A stretch of 64,000 nt of DNA from the human T2T-CHM13v2.0 reference genome, Homo sapiens (GCF_009914755.1 NC_060925.1), one strand, 5' to 3'. Numbered from the stretch's first letter, positions 19,184 to 41,255 are shown. The notes: generated from the letters alone by a model not told the origin. Numbers and translations are program-made.

Positions 19184-22100
19184 TCAGAGAGGTTATGCCT
19201 TGCCTAAAGTCACACAGCTGGGCAACAGAGAGCTGAGACTAGATCTCAGGTATCTTAACCTTTCACCCCATCCTACATGTTTTCCATTGTAATCATTTCT
19301 CTGCCTCTCCTTTTCTCTCCCAGAGGGCATGCAACATTCTGGGGGAAAGGACAAGTCCTCCATTTCAAAGATTTGCTGCTCCACAGATAAGGGCTATGAG
19401 AATGTCAGTCCCCAGTGCAACTCTGGCCCTCATCCTCCTTCATGCAAATACAGGTATGTTCAAGTTGTAGAAAAGAACTTGGAGCTGAGCCAAAGCTGTC
19501 AAGGCTCCAGACCACCCAGACCCTTTAGCCCTTCCTGCCTACAGGAGGAACAGGTGTCCCTCCTGACAACAATCCAGGTTACCAATGTGGATGTGTCTGG
19601 TCATTGACTCTCCTCAAAGCCCCTTTAAATCTCTCATCCCCCTTGATCCAACAAGAACCCAGCATGTTGGCCTGGCAGGAGAGAGTTTGGCCTTGAGTGA
19701 TTAGTCCCAGGCATGCTAAGTGACCTCAGGCAGGTCACAACCGAAGGCTCAATTTCCTTAGATGTAAAATGATGAACACATCAATACCACATGCTATTCT
19801 AACCCACAGGACCACTGAGAAGATCTAAATTAAATATTGTACACACAAGTGCTTTGGAAACAAATTTCAGTGCTAATGAGAAGTACTATTAAACTCCTCC
19901 TGCCTTGTAGAGCTAAACAAAGTTGTGCCACCTGCTCCCAACAGAGGCTGCCTCTCAGGGGACTCTGCTGGGCCCTGAGGGTAACCAAAAGCAGCCTGTC
20001 ACCTTTCTGCTCAGAGGCGGGAGGTCATAAGGTCAGCCACCCCTTGTGGCTAAAGGAGACCACCCTTTACCTGGCACTTCCCTGCCCAAGCAGGGAAGAA
20101 GCAAGCTCTGGTCTGATGGCTGAGAGGGCACTGGAAGAGAGATAGCAGGCAGGGTCGCTAGCAGAGAACAAGGGATAGGCCTCCTGAATGCAGGATTCAG
20201 GTGCATCCAAGAAGACTCACAAAAACAAAGGACAGGTGCACAGCTGGACACAGAACACCTACAGCTTTCTCAAGGCAGGGACAGGGCTCCCACCAACGAC
20301 ATGTGCCCAACTCCTAGAGGGAGTCCTACAATTCCTGAGTGCAGGTGCAGTGAGCTGGGCGCTTCTCAGTGCAGGGCCATGTGCATCTGCTGCGGGAATG
20401 CCAGAGGCAGGAGATGCAGCTGCACCCCTCTAGCAGGCTATGCCAAGACTCAAACAGACAATAAATAGCAATTTGACATCACTGAAGATAACCTCTCTGA
20501 GCCATTTCCTCATCTGCAAAACAGAGACAGCTTTTATCTCATGTGATTTGAGTAGGGATTAAATAAGATTGCTTTTATAAAGTGCCTGACACTACTCTGT
20601 AGATACTAAGTGGCAACTATTATTAAAACACACACACCCGTTCAACACAGGAGATGTCACAGGGCAGGCAAGGCCTAATGCCACTGTTATGGATAAACAA
20701 TAAGGGAAAAGGGTTTGGGAGAGAAAGAGAAAGTGACTGCTGTGGGCTGGGAAGACCTCCCAAAAGGGGAAGAATCTGCACGGCCCTGAAAGTTACTACA
20801 GTGAGCTGGGCACTCTACCAGGCATTCCCACGTTCAGCCTCTACGTTGGTCTTAAGGATGAGGCAAGTCAGGTTCAGAGAATGAGGTGCATGAACCTCAA
20901 GGTTCATGGTCACACAGGTACTGAGAGGCAGCATCAGGAGCAGAACCCAGGGCTTCTGACTACGTCTTTCCTTTGTACCAGGGCTGGACGCCATGGGGCT
21001 GGCTTGGAAGGAGAGGAAAGGCAAACTTCGAGGGTGCTCAGCTGAATGAAGTCTGGGCAATCTGACCAACTAAGCCCTCTAAGTGCCTTGGCACTCCTAG
21101 AGACACATGTCCTACCTGAAGCCTTCCTCCCAGTCCCCAGCTGACCTCCCTCCCACTGTTCTGCAGTCAGTCTGCTATTTTCCCAAAGAGAAAAAGGTCA
21201 TCGCTTCCTTTTTAGAGTCCTATCTGGGCTTCTTGAGACAGTTTCAAGGTGACCTTTAGGCTATTTGTTCTTCTCTTCTTTTGAGAAGTGAGAGAGGCAC
21301 CTTCTAGTGTCATTTTTATAGGAAACCAGTTGCTGGGTCTGATATCCATGCATGTGAAGTGGGCAGTGACCCCATCTCCCCTATTCACAGACTTAATCTA
21401 CAGAGGAGATGGCAGGATTCGCCTTGCAAAGACCAAAACCAAAAAAAGCTATAAGATATAAAGGGACAAAAGAAGCCTTTTGTGTCCCTGGTCAGGAGAC
21501 AAGATGAATACCTGCTTTATGGGCTCCCGGGCCTCTGCCAGGCATTCTGGGTCAGGAACATGGGTAAACAATTGCAGGAGATGCCAGTGGTGAGCTGAGT
21601 TACAGTGAGGCTCTCCTCTGGAATAAGTACTAGCCTGGGAGTCAGGTGAACATGGAACAAAGCAGAGTTCATGCGGGGTCCACAGCACAATGTGGGGTGG
21701 GGAATGCACCTAACTCCTAAGGCTTGGAGTCATTCCCACAGTTTTCCCAATAGCCTAAATCCTCTTCACACCACTGGCCCCTCCCCACCAAGGACAAGCA
21801 AGAATTCCTGACTGCTGGGGAGAGAAAAAAGGTCCAGAGAGGGAAGGTGACTTACCTAATGTCACCCACTGAGTCAGAGGTAGACTAGAACCCAGAAGCA
21901 ACTATTCTAGAACTTCAGCTCCCACCCTGCTCCTCCCACCCCAGTCTCTGCAAGAGTCTACCCGAGGCTCTGCTCCATGGTTAGGGTAGGAAGGAGAACT
22001 GCAAAGCACTTTCTATTCTTATAGGAGGGGTAACCTGCAAGGGAAGCAGCTGCCATAGATGACAGAATGAGGGCTCCAACGGAACTCCTACCCACGCAGG

Positions 22101-22480
22101 GGTGTTGAGAGAATAGGCAAGACCCCAAAATCAGCTCCCAGGCTCTTGGGTATCTGAGAGTGCAGAGGGAGCATGGCCTCAGCCCCCCACCCTTATCCCT
22201 ACAAGGCAGCTGGTGCCATCTTCCCTCCCGCCACGACCAGCTCAAGTGAACAGTATAGGACACATGGAAACCCTGATACCCTAAGGAAGGACATTGGTGG
22301 CAGCCTAGGTTTGAGAGATTTGTAATCCTTCAGCTCAGAGGAAGGTTGTAGGAGGCTGAGGTAGGGATGCATTTGCTGTAGGTGGTTAAAATATTAACAG
22401 GGGCAGCTGTCACTCATTGAACACTTCCTGTGTATACAAACTTTTATGTGCATTTATTTATGTAATAATCACATTAATAG

Positions 22481-22820
<340 letters not shown>

Positions 22821-25069
22821 TTAGTTCCCCTTTTATACATGAGGAAACTGAGGCTCAGAGATGCTGCTAAGTGGCAGAGTGGTGGCTGAATTCCACACTG
22901 CAAAGGTGAAGCTGGGAAAAATGGGCTTTCATTTTTGAGGCCTGAACAGGGACTCTTCAGATCTTTAGACCACCTTTCTCTCCACTCATGGCCAGATGCT
23001 AGAACTCCTGTTTTCAGAGGCAGAAAAATGCCTTTCCAAGGCAGAAACAGACTTTTGGAAAGGAGACCACATCCAGCCTCATCATTTTACAATGGGAAAA
23101 CTGAGGTCCAAGGCTGAGTGACTTGCCAGAGTTTCCAGAGTCAGTGGAATGACAGAAATATCACACCTGGAAGGGACCACAAAGATCAACTGATGGGTAG
23201 GGAGGCGTGACTGGTCCAAGGACAGAGGGAGGTAGGAAGAGAAGCCAGGTTTTCCTGACTTCTAGACTGATATTGTTGCCATGACACCATCTCTGCTCTC
23301 CAGCTGCCCAGGGTCCCGGGCACAGCACTTGGGTGGTGACAAAGCAGGCCAGGCCAAGCTGACCTCATTAGCACTAGAGATACCAGGCCTGCAGGGACAA
23401 ACTTCTGACTGCCTAGAGTGGGGTCTCTGCAGTCATGCTGTCATCCCACCAGCAGCCACTGACACTCAAAGTGTGTCTGCCAGCCCTGAATGCCCTAATG
23501 TAATGCCAGGTGTGGTGGGCAGGTGAGGGGATCGGGGACAGGAGGCAATTTATAGATTGCACTTGTGAGGTCTCCTCCTGGTCTCACACAGTCAAATGAC
23601 ATCACTGTCACTTCAGCTTCTTACAGCAAATCAGACGACATTTCATGACTCAATTGGTGTGGTCAAATTGAGAGTCTTAACCATTTCACAGGTGAGGGAG
23701 ACCTGCAGAAAAAGGCCTCAGCTATTCAAGGTCATGCATTTATGTCAGAATCAGTACACATGGTTCCCCTTGTCCAGTCCTTGATTTCTCTCCAGGAAGC
23801 TAACTGCCATCAAGGTATAGGTGCTGATGGCTTAGTTCCATGTAAGGCTCTGCTACTGTGACCAGCTTGGCACAAGAGCCCTGCACCAGGAACCCAGCTC
23901 CTGGATCTATCAAATTAGAGGCACCACTTCCCTCCCGCTGCATGTCCCAGAGCATGCCTCACACCAGCCCGGCAGCACCGCTCAGCTCCTGCATGTCCTT
24001 GGGAGAGCTGGAAGGTTTCCTGCCAAATTCCCAAACCCAAATCTCAGGCAGAGGGGACAGCAGAGTCCCAGGACCTCATGCCTTCCACAGCCAGCTGGGG
24101 GCAAGCTGAAAATGCAAAGGCAGTTGTCAAAGTCCCCCTGAACACCACTTTCAGGGACTTCTGGGCAATGTAGGCTCCAGTAAGCTCCCCCAATCACTCA
24201 GCAGAACAGAGTGCTCAGGCCTAGCAGGGAGACCAATACTCTGAGAGCAAATAAGTTGTCTGTTTCCTTCTCCCCAAAAGAAGGTTTCAAAGTCTCCTCA
24301 GGCCTGAACATCCCTAGGCTCCCCCATCTACCTCATCTACTTGATTGAGCAGCAGGCCAGACAGCACCCTGAGACACAGCCAGGCAGCGACCTGGGGGTG
24401 AGCTGGGGTCAGACCAAGCCTCAACCTCCTCTACTCTCCCTCCACTTCCAAAACAGACTTCAGAAATTTCCAGGGCCCCTTGTCCCACAGATTCTATAAA
24501 GTATGGCATTCCTGGGCCGGAAATTGACTCAGGGGCTCCTAACTAGCCTGGACAAGCAAAGCTGACAGATAACATTCTGGAGATGAAGGAAAGGTGGGAA
24601 TATGGGGATCCCCTGTGTTCCACCACACTTGTAAGTTTCCTGTGCCCAGGTCTCCACTATGCTTAAACTCCTCAAGCAGGCCAAGTAGAAATATACTCCA
24701 TCCTGGAACACGCTCCAGTGAAGCCTGTCATAAATTGCACTGGTTGCTGTTGACAGAGCAGAATGTGCCACTCGCCAGAAGACACTCCTTTCTGTCTCAC
24801 ACACAGCGGGGTGCCTGGCTCCCCTGGGGGTCTGGCCCAGCCAGAGGAGACTTGCCAGTCGTGGAAGCCTTACTGAAGGGACCTAGGATCAGAAGCATCC
24901 CATTCTCTAATCCTGCTCTCTTCTGTGCACAGTGCTGGCTCCAATCTTGGGAAGCCTCACATCACAGATCAGAAGCCACAGAACTGGAGCCTGAGAAGGA
25001 CCAAGGTGGCAGGATGGAGACTGCCTACTTTATGGGGGTAGTTCAGATCCTTACTCCTGGACAGCCTCA

Positions 25070-25610
<541 letters not shown>

Positions 25611-25613
25611 GTT

Positions 25614-25631
25614 TTAGAGAGGCATTTCCAT
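25614..25631 (-). other. uORF1 (MEMPL*)
   Basis: ATG GAA ATG CCT CTC TAA on the minus strand. Confidence 0.8.
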
Positions 25632-26278
25632 GGAAGCAATTTTCTGGGGGTGGAGGGAGGCTGGGTTTGCAATCTGGAACTCCAAAGTGGGGAAAGGGGG
25701 CAAGGACCCAGGAACGACCACGAAAGGAGACCAAAAGGTCTGGAACTCCGGGCCTGGGAAGGGGGAGGACGGATGTGGGAAACTGAGCCCTAGGGATAGA
25801 GGAAGGGGCAGGATAGGGATAGTGCAAAGGAAAGGAAGAAGGAAGGCTGGGACCTTTGGCTGAGGAAAGTGACTGAGGAGCTGGGACTCTGGGCTGTGGG
25901 CTAAAGGAAGGGGTAGGGAGCCTGAGCTAAAGGAAGGGGACCGAAGGGGGTGAGAGCCAGTCCAGGAAAAGGAGAGAGGGGGCTGGGAGCCCAGGCTGAG
26001 AAGGAGTGAAACCGGGAAGCGGCCGGGAGCTTCTCCACCCAGAGAGGGGCAGGGGTCCAGGCGCGCCGGGCTGAGATTCCGGGGAAATGGAAAGAGGCGG
26101 AAGGCAGGCGGCCTGGCGGGAAGGCGCCTCGGCGCGGGCTGGGGGCGGCTCGCGGTGGGCCAGCAGCAACACGCCCCTCCTCGCGGCCCTGGCGCGGCGC
26201 GGCGCTCCGCCCCGGCCCAGCTGCAGCTCCTCCTGGTCCAGCTCCAGAACTAACCCTAGCCCCGGCCCCGGCGGCAGC

Positions 26279-26316
26279 AGACTGAAGCCTAGCTGAGCCC
26301 GGCGCTGTCACTTATA
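26279..26316 (-). promoter_or_regulatory. SLC9A1 core promoter: TATA box (TATAAG, 26316-26311) and Inr (TCAGTCT, A at 26283)
   Basis: Minus strand reads CCTATAAGTGACAGCGCCGGGCTCAGCTAGGCTTCAGTCTG; TATA-Inr spacing is about 30 nt, inside CpG-rich DNA. Confidence 0.8.
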
Positions 26317-26361
26317 GGCACCAGCGAGCAGCCGGTGCGGCGGGCTAGAGAGACCGTCGGC

Positions 26362-26400
26362 ACCCGCCCAGCGCAGCGGCCCCTGTCGCCGAGGGAAAGA
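26362..26400 (-). promoter_or_regulatory. GC box (TGGGCGGGT) and AP-2-like element (TCCCTCGGCGACAGGGGCC)
   Basis: Motifs at about -80 and -95..-115. The position fits the AP-2 element described for mammalian NHE1 promoters (from recall). Confidence 0.6.
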
Positions 26401-26438
26401 AGTATCGCGTAGGAAGAGGAAGGAGAGTCAGAGATGAC

Positions 26439-26459
26439 AAAAAAAAAAAAAAAAAAAAA
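26439..26459. promoter_or_regulatory. poly(dA:dT) promoter element (A21)
   Basis: Pure A21 tract not attached to any Alu, at about -156..-176. A poly(dA:dT) element at this position is a described NHE1 promoter feature. Confidence 0.7.
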
Positions 26460-26811
26460 GTCCTGAATATACAGAGAACCTCACTAACGCGAGTAAAATG
26501 CCGACTACTTACAAAACGATTTCACGTCCACATCTGCAGTCTCATAAGGGCTTTCGAATAATCCTGTGAAGAATGTATTATTAGTTTATGTATTTAGTTA
26601 CCGTGTGACCTTGAGCAAGTTACTTAACCTGTTTCACAACTTTCTCATCTGTTAAGTAGAGACAGTAATAGTGACTATGTCAGAGGGATGATGTAATGAC
26701 TGAGACAATCCGTGTAAACTATTTGGAATGCACCCTGGCACATTATTACAATTCCACTTTTACAGATGAGGAAACAGGTGAAGAGAGTCCCCTGGCTACT
26801 ATGCAAGTAGT

Positions 26812-27544
<733 letters not shown>

Positions 27545-27618
27545 GTGGCATGCTTTAAGTAGTGGAACTTAAATTTGAACCTATAGTTTGGTTGAAATTG
27601 GTGAGGTTCAAGGGATCA

Positions 27619-28024
<406 letters not shown>

Positions 28025-29241
28025 TCACTTGAACCCAGGAGGCGGAGGTTGCAGTAAGTCAAGATTGCACCACTGTACTCCAGCCTGGGCAACAGAGCGA
28101 GACTCTGTCTCAAAAAAAAATAAATAAATAAAAATAAATACCATTGTCTGATAAAATTAGCTGGGCTTGGTAGTCCTAGCTGCTTGGGAGGCTGAGGCAG
28201 GAGTATCATTTGAACCTAGGAGTTTGAGACTACAGTGAACTATGATCCACCACAGCACTCTAGCCTGGGCAACAAAGGGAGACCCTGTCAATCATAGTAA
28301 TCATCATCATCATCATCTTTTGTAAAATATCATTTTCGGGGACCCACCGTCAGAGATTTAGATTCAATTACTTCAGGGTAGTGCCAAAGTATTTTTTTCA
28401 AAGGCTCTGATATACAACTAGGGTTGGGAGGTATAGAAATCACTGAAATGCTGTCCCTGTTTTGCAGAAGAGTACATTAAGGCCAAAACAGTCAAAGTGT
28501 CTAGCTCAAGGTCACATCACAAGTACTTGAGATTCAATTTAGTTTAACAAATGTTTACTGGGCCTCTTGACAGGGCTTTGTGCTGGGCTCTGGCAACACA
28601 GAGATAAGCCAGAGGGAGGAAGGAGGTGGTAGGAATTGGGAGGGGGCATAAAGTGGACATAATGAGGGCTTCTAGAATGCTGGTAATGTTCTATTTCTTT
28701 ACTGGGTGATAGCTACAAAGGTTACAGCGACGTAGTTGTTTCGTGATAACTCACTGAAGACTCAAGATGTGTGCACCTTTTTCTAGGTATGCTATCCTTC
28801 CATGGAAAAATATATTAAAATAATAATAAGCTAGCAGCAGTGGCTCATGCCTGTAATCCCCGCAACTCAGGAGCCTGAGATGGGAGTATCAGTTGAGGCC
28901 AGGAGTTTAAGACCAACCTAGGCAACATAGGGAGACCCTGTCTTTAAAAAAAATAAGTAAAATAAAATAATAATATCCAGGTGCAGTGGCATGCACCTGT
29001 AGTCCCAGCTACTTGGGAGGCTGAGGCAGAAGAATCACTTGAACCCAGGAATTTGAGGCTGTAATGCACTATGATTGTGCTTGTGAAATAGCCACTGCAC
29101 TCCAGCCTGGGAAACATAGTGAGACCCATCTCTAAAAATTAATTAGGCCAGGCACAGTGGTTCACGCCTGTAATTCCAGCACTGTGGGAGGCTGAGGCAG
29201 GCAGATCACTTGAGGTCAGGAGTTCAAGACCAGCCTGGCTA

Positions 29242-29530
<289 letters not shown>

Positions 29531-29754
29531 TTATAATCCCATGCCTAAACTGAGTTCTCTGTACCTCACATTCTCCAGGCACAAATTCCAGCCACCTGGG
29601 AAATGACAAAAGAGACTTCAGAGAAGGGCAGGGGACTTGTGTCATCTGGGAGCAGATGAAAGGAGAACATCAGCTATAATGAAAGTAACCAAAGAGCATT
29701 TCGAGCAAGGATCAGAATAATAACAATAATGCCTCACAATTGTTCAGCCCTTTA

Positions 29755-30096
<342 letters not shown>

Positions 30097-31649
30097 CTAT
30101 TATTCTATTTTTTTCTTTTGAGACAGAGTTTCACTCTTGTCACCCAGGCTGGAGTGCAGTGGCGATCTTGGCTCACTTGCAATCTCCACCTCTCAGGTTC
30201 AAGTGATTCTCCTGCCTCAGCCTCCCGAGTACCTGGGATTACAAGCGGCTGCTACCACACCCAGCTAATTTTTATATTTTTGGTAGAGATGGGGTTTCAC
30301 CACGTTGACCAGGCTGGTCAGGAACTCCTGACTTCAGGTAATCCACCTGCCTTGGCCTCCCAAAGTGCTAGGATTACAGGCGTGAGTCACCGCATCTGGC
30401 CAAAGAGTAGCTATTATTCTCATTCCCATTTTACAGGTGAAAAGACAAAGGCCCAGAGACATAAAGCTATTTGCCCAAGGTCACACATCTATTAAGATGC
30501 AGATCCATGCCTGGCACAGTGGCTTACACCTGTAATCCCAGCACTTTAGGAGGCCGAGCCGGGCAGATCATTTGAAGTCAGAGGTTCAAGACCAGCCTGG
30601 GCAACATGGTGAAACCCCATCTCTACTGAAAATACAAAAATTAGCTGGGCGTGGTGGCAGGCACCTGTAATCCCAGCTACTCAGGAGGTTGAGGCAGGAG
30701 AATCACTTGAACCTGGGAGGCAGAGGTTGCAGTGAGCCAATAAAATTAAATTAAAATTTAAAAAAAGAAGCAGATCCAAGACTTAAGTCAGGTTTCTAAC
30801 ACCTAAGTCCAGCACCCTTTTAAAACATCACAGGTTCAGTGTAAAAAGAAGAAAAGAGGGAAAGGATGGGGCTGGTGGAGTGACTTTCCACAGGTGCCCT
30901 GGGGCCAGAAGCCCAAGACCTACTGTTCTTTCCAGTCTTGAAGGCAACGTTCACTGGTGTGCTCCCCACTCTCTAATTCTCCCTCACTCAGGCCTCAGTG
31001 AGTCTTTGGGTGCCAGTCTGGGACGTGGTAGATCCCAGGACAACCAGGAAATGCCAGCCCTGAGATCCTCCACGGCCTGGAGAAGGTTATAACAACAGAA
31101 CAATATCAGGAAACAGGCCTTGGGAGAAACCACATGGGAGAGCCGATGGCCAAGGCCCAGCCTGGGCAGGCAGTGTAGAATAATGGATAGTTAAATGCTG
31201 GGACTGCCGAACATGGGTAGCCACATGGTCTCCTTTCAGTGCTCTGGCACCACCGCTCACTAGTCATGAGACCCTGGGCAAATCAGTGCCTGTTCTACAG
31301 CTTCTTCCTCCATAAGGGGGGACAACAATAGTGTCAACCTCATGGGGCTCTCATGAAGATATTAGCCAATGTATGCGAAGCATTTACCACTGCCCCCAGC
31401 AAGTACCACATATATTTACCATCATTCTATTTATTTACATGCACCGAGGACCTCAAGAGTAGACTTTTGATGTTGGGAACCACATGAAGTTCTGCCTTCA
31501 GTCACAGAGAAAATTGACAGGCTGGAAAACAGACCCTCACATCCGTGAGATGGGTCCCACCATCAGACCAGCTGCTATGAATTTAATATTTGTAAATAAA
31601 TCACATTGATGTGTATTGTATGTTAAAAGCCTTATCTTCTTCTTCCTCT

Positions 31650-31929
<280 letters not shown>

Positions 31930-31963
31930 TAAAAGCCTTGTCTTCTTAAAAATAATCAGTCAA

Positions 31964-32558
<595 letters not shown>

Positions 32559-33379
32559 TGATCCACCTGCTTCGGCCTCTAAAAGTGCTGGGATTACAGG
32601 CGTGAGCTACCACACCCGGCCAAGTCCTCATTTTTTAACCATTCCAGGCCCACACTGCTTTTGACTCGGAGAGGCCAGGTCTCTGCAGACCCTTCCCCTG
32701 CAGATCCAGGACAGCCTCAGGAAGCCTGGACCCTGGGTGGCATCTCCCCCTGCTTAAGCCATGTCTGCTCCCCAATCCCCTCCTTGAATCCTTTCACTAA
32801 AAGTGCCTGGAGTTTTATGGCACAAAATGCATGGCCCTAGGAAAGAATCTGCTCAGCCCCTATTAGCTGCGCATTATGAGCAAGTCACACCTTGTTTCTG
32901 TCTCTCGCTGTGTTCATGTATATGAAAGCTGGGTGGAGTCACATTACTTGCTTTGTAAGGTTTATTGTAAGGATGAAAAGGCCACCGTATGTCAAGCATA
33001 GTTCCTGGTACACAGTCAGCACGCAGTGACTGGGTTCATTTCCTTCTTTTGTTTTTTTTTTTTTTTGAGACAGAGTCTTGCTGTCACCTAGGCTAGAGTA
33101 CAATGGTGCAATCATAGCTCACAGCAACCTCAAACTCCTGGGCTCAACCGATCCTCCAGCCTCGCCCTCCCAAGCAGCTTGGACTACAGGTACATGCCAC
33201 CACACCTGACTAATTTTTAAAAATATTTTTGGTAGGGATAGGGTCTTACTATATTGCCCAGGCTGGTCTCAAACCCCTGGTCTTGATTGATTCTCTTGCC
33301 TGGGCCTCCCAAAGTATTGGGATTACAGGGGTAAGCCATTGTACTCAGCCGCTCCTTCTTTCATCATAATGTCACAGCC

Positions 33380-34505
<1,126 letters not shown>

Positions 34506-34969
34506 ACAGAATGCATTATTTGCACATGAGAAAACCAAGACTCCCAGAGGAGAATTGCTTGTCTGAGGCCATAGAGCTGGGAAGAAGAGGAGCCAGGTTT
34601 GGATGCAGGTCTGCCTAACTCTGAAGTCCAGGCTTTTCCCAGTTCTCCAGGCTGATAGCTACCATGAAAAAGCATGTACATGTTGGGTAACTAGAAGAGA
34701 GTTCGGAGGTTGGTAAGGAGTTGGAATTTAGGATCCAGCGAATTGCCTTTAAGCTAAGTTCATAATTTTACAATAAACATTTAGTGAGTTCCTACTATGT
34801 GCAACTCCCTGTGCTTTCTGCTGGAGGAAAATCAATAATGGATTTGATAAACACCTATCGGCAACCTTGACACCCTAATGTTCACTGACTGGATGTCCCA
34901 CAGGCACCTCCATCAACTTCACCCACCATCTTCCACTAAACTTGCCCCCATTCTACACTGTCAGAATCC

Positions 34970-34996
34970 TGTGTGTGTGTGTGTGTGTGTGTGTGT
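34970..34996. repeat. (TG)n microsatellite
   Basis: About 13 TG units. Confidence 0.95.
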
Positions 34997-36308
34997 ACTG
35001 GAAAAGTTAGGATTTAGCAGATCTGAGGGAACGGGTCCGGGATTGACTTTTTTTTTTTTTTTTTTGAGACGGAGTTTTGCTCTTGTCTCCCAGCTGCAGT
35101 GGCACAATCTCGGCTCACTGCTCACTGCAACTTCCGCCTCTTGGGTTCAAGGGCTTCTCCTGTCTCAGCCTCCCGCATAGCTGGGATTACAACAAGCACC
35201 TGCCACCACGCTCAGCTAATTTTTTTGTATTTTTAGTAGAGATGGGGTTTCACCATGTTGATCAGGCTGGTCTTGAACTTCTGACCTCAGGTGATCTGCC
35301 CATCTCGGCCTCCCAAAGTGCTGGGATTACAGGCGTGAGCCACCACCCTCAGCCTACACAGCTTTCAGGAAGAGCTGTCTGAGCCATGTTCATCCCCTGT
35401 TTAGACAGGCACATACCCCATCCCAGCATGGCACTCAAAGTCCTGCACACGATTTGGCCCACAAACCTTTTTTTCCCCTAATTATTTGTAAGAAAATTTA
35501 AAAGTATAAAGGTAATATAGCAAACATCCAAATTCAGAATTATCAGCTGTAACAGTTTGTTATATTTACTTTCAATAATATATGTATATTTTGGCCAGAC
35601 ACAGTAGCTCACTCCAGTAATCCCAGCACCTTAGAAGGCTGAGGTGGGAGGATCACTTGAGGCCAGGAGTTCAAGACCAGCCTAGGCAACATAGGGAGAA
35701 TCTGTGTCTACAAAATAATTTATGTATTTATTTATTTGTTGTTGTTGGTGGTGGTGGTGGTGTTTTGAGAAGGTCTCACTCTCTCGCCCAGGCTAGAGTG
35801 TAGTGGTGTGATTATAGCTCACTGTAGCCTCAAACTCCTGGACTCTAGCCATCCTCCCACCCCAGCTTCCTGAGTAACTAAGACTACAGGTGCATGCCAC
35901 CATGCCCAGCTAATTTTCTTATTTTTATTTTTAGTAGAGATGAGGTCTTGCTATGTTGCCCAGGCTGATCTTAAGCTCCTGCACTCAGGCAATCCTCCTG
36001 TCTCAGCCTCCCAAAGTGCTGAGATTACAGGCATGAGCCACTGTGCCTGGCAAAATAATTTCAAAATTAGCCAGGCATGGCGGTATGCACCTGTAGTCTC
36101 TACTACTTGGGAAGCTGAGGCGGGAGGATCACTTAGAGCCCAGAAGTTCAAGGTTACAGTGAGCTATGATCATGCCACTGCACTCCAGCTTGGGCAACAT
36201 AGCAGGACTCTATCTCCTAAAAAAACTGGCCAGGTGCTGTGGCTCACGCCTGTAATCCCAGCACTTTGGGAGGCCAAGGAAGACAGATCACCTGAGGTCA
36301 GGAGTTCA

Positions 36309-36548
<240 letters not shown>

Positions 36549-36699
36549 CTATATGTGTGTGTGTGTACGTTTTTGATGTGTTTTACAGATATCTGTACAA
36601 TTTTTATCAAATTTTAAAGTCTTTTAAACTATCAGTTACACTTTTCTCCCTTCCTGCTGCCCCAGGCAACGTCTATCATAAGTATAATGTGTTATCTTA

Positions 36700-38830
<2,131 letters not shown>

Positions 38831-39406
38831 AGCATAATGATTAATAGGGCTAACTTGGATCCAAACTGTATGGATTCGAATGCTGTCTCTACCACTATCA
38901 TTTCTTTTCTTTTCTTTCTTTCTTTTTTTTTTTTTTTTTGAGAGGTCTCACTCTATTGCCCAGGCTGGGCAGTGGCACAATCATGGCTCAGTGCATCCTT
39001 GACCTCCTGGGTTCAAGCAATCCTCCTGCCTCAGCCACCCGAATTGCTGGTACTACAGGCCTGGATAATTTTGTATTTTTAGTGGAAACGGGGTTTCACC
39101 ATGTTGGCCAGGCTGGTCTCAAACTCCTGACCTTAGGTGATCCACCTGCCTCGGCCTTCCAAAGTGCTGGGATTACAGGCGTGAGCCACCACGCCCAGCC
39201 TTAATGTTTTATTTTTTGTAGAGATGAGACCTTGTTATGTTGCCCAGGCTGGCCTAAAACCCCTGAGCTCAAGCAGTCTTCCTTCCTCGACCTCCCAAAG
39301 TGCTGAGATTACAGGCATGAGCCACTGTCTCCAGCCTCTACCACTGTCTAGTCATGTGACCTTTGGCAAGTTATTTAACTTCACTGCACCCCAGTGTCTT
39401 AATCTA

Positions 39407-39775
<369 letters not shown>

Positions 39776-40474
39776 TTAAATGAGTTAATGAATGTAAACT
39801 GTAAACTGTTTGGAATTGTACCTACATAAGTGCTTGCTGCAATTATTATTATTTATGAATGGCTGGGCGCAGTGGCTCCTGTCTGTAATCCCAGCATTTT
39901 GGGAGGCCAAAGCAGGCAGATCGCTTGGACTCAGGAGTTCAAGACCAGCCTGGGCAACATGGTGAAACCCCATCTCTACTAAAAACAGAAAAAATTAGCC
40001 AAGTGTGGTGGTGTACACCTGTGGTCCCAGCTACTCAGGAGGCTGGGGCAGAAGGATTGCTTGAGCCTGGGAGGTAGAGTTTGCAGTGAGTCAAGATCAT
40101 GCTACTGCACTCCAGCCTAGGCAACAAAATGAGACTCTGTCTAAAAAAAATAAAATAAAATAAAATAAAACAATGACTGGCTGGCTCCTGGTAAGTCCTA
40201 TATAACTGTTAGCTATTGCTATTCTCTGCTGTATCCCCAGACCTGAGAATAGCACTTAGAACATAATAAGACATTCAGGAAAAAATTTGTGAGATGAATT
40301 AATTAAGACATGTGCATACATAAACAATGGTATTTTTGTGTGCCCTTAAAATGTATATCAATAACATTATATCATACACATTCTTCTTCATCTTTACTTT
40401 TTCACACATTATATTTATAACATCAAGCCATGCTGATACATATAAATCTCATCGTGTCCTTTTAACTGTTTTAA

Positions 40475-41255
<781 letters not shown>

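Larger units (their letters stand above)
25990..26420. promoter_or_regulatory. CpG island over the SLC9A1 promoter and 5' UTR
   Basis: Dense CG dinucleotides and very high GC content by eye, unlike the CpG-poor flanks. Confidence 0.85.

Noticed and set aside
23938-23959. p53/p63-like paired CATG half-sites
   Set aside because: The first half-site has two mismatches and there is a 2-bp spacer; too weak without data.
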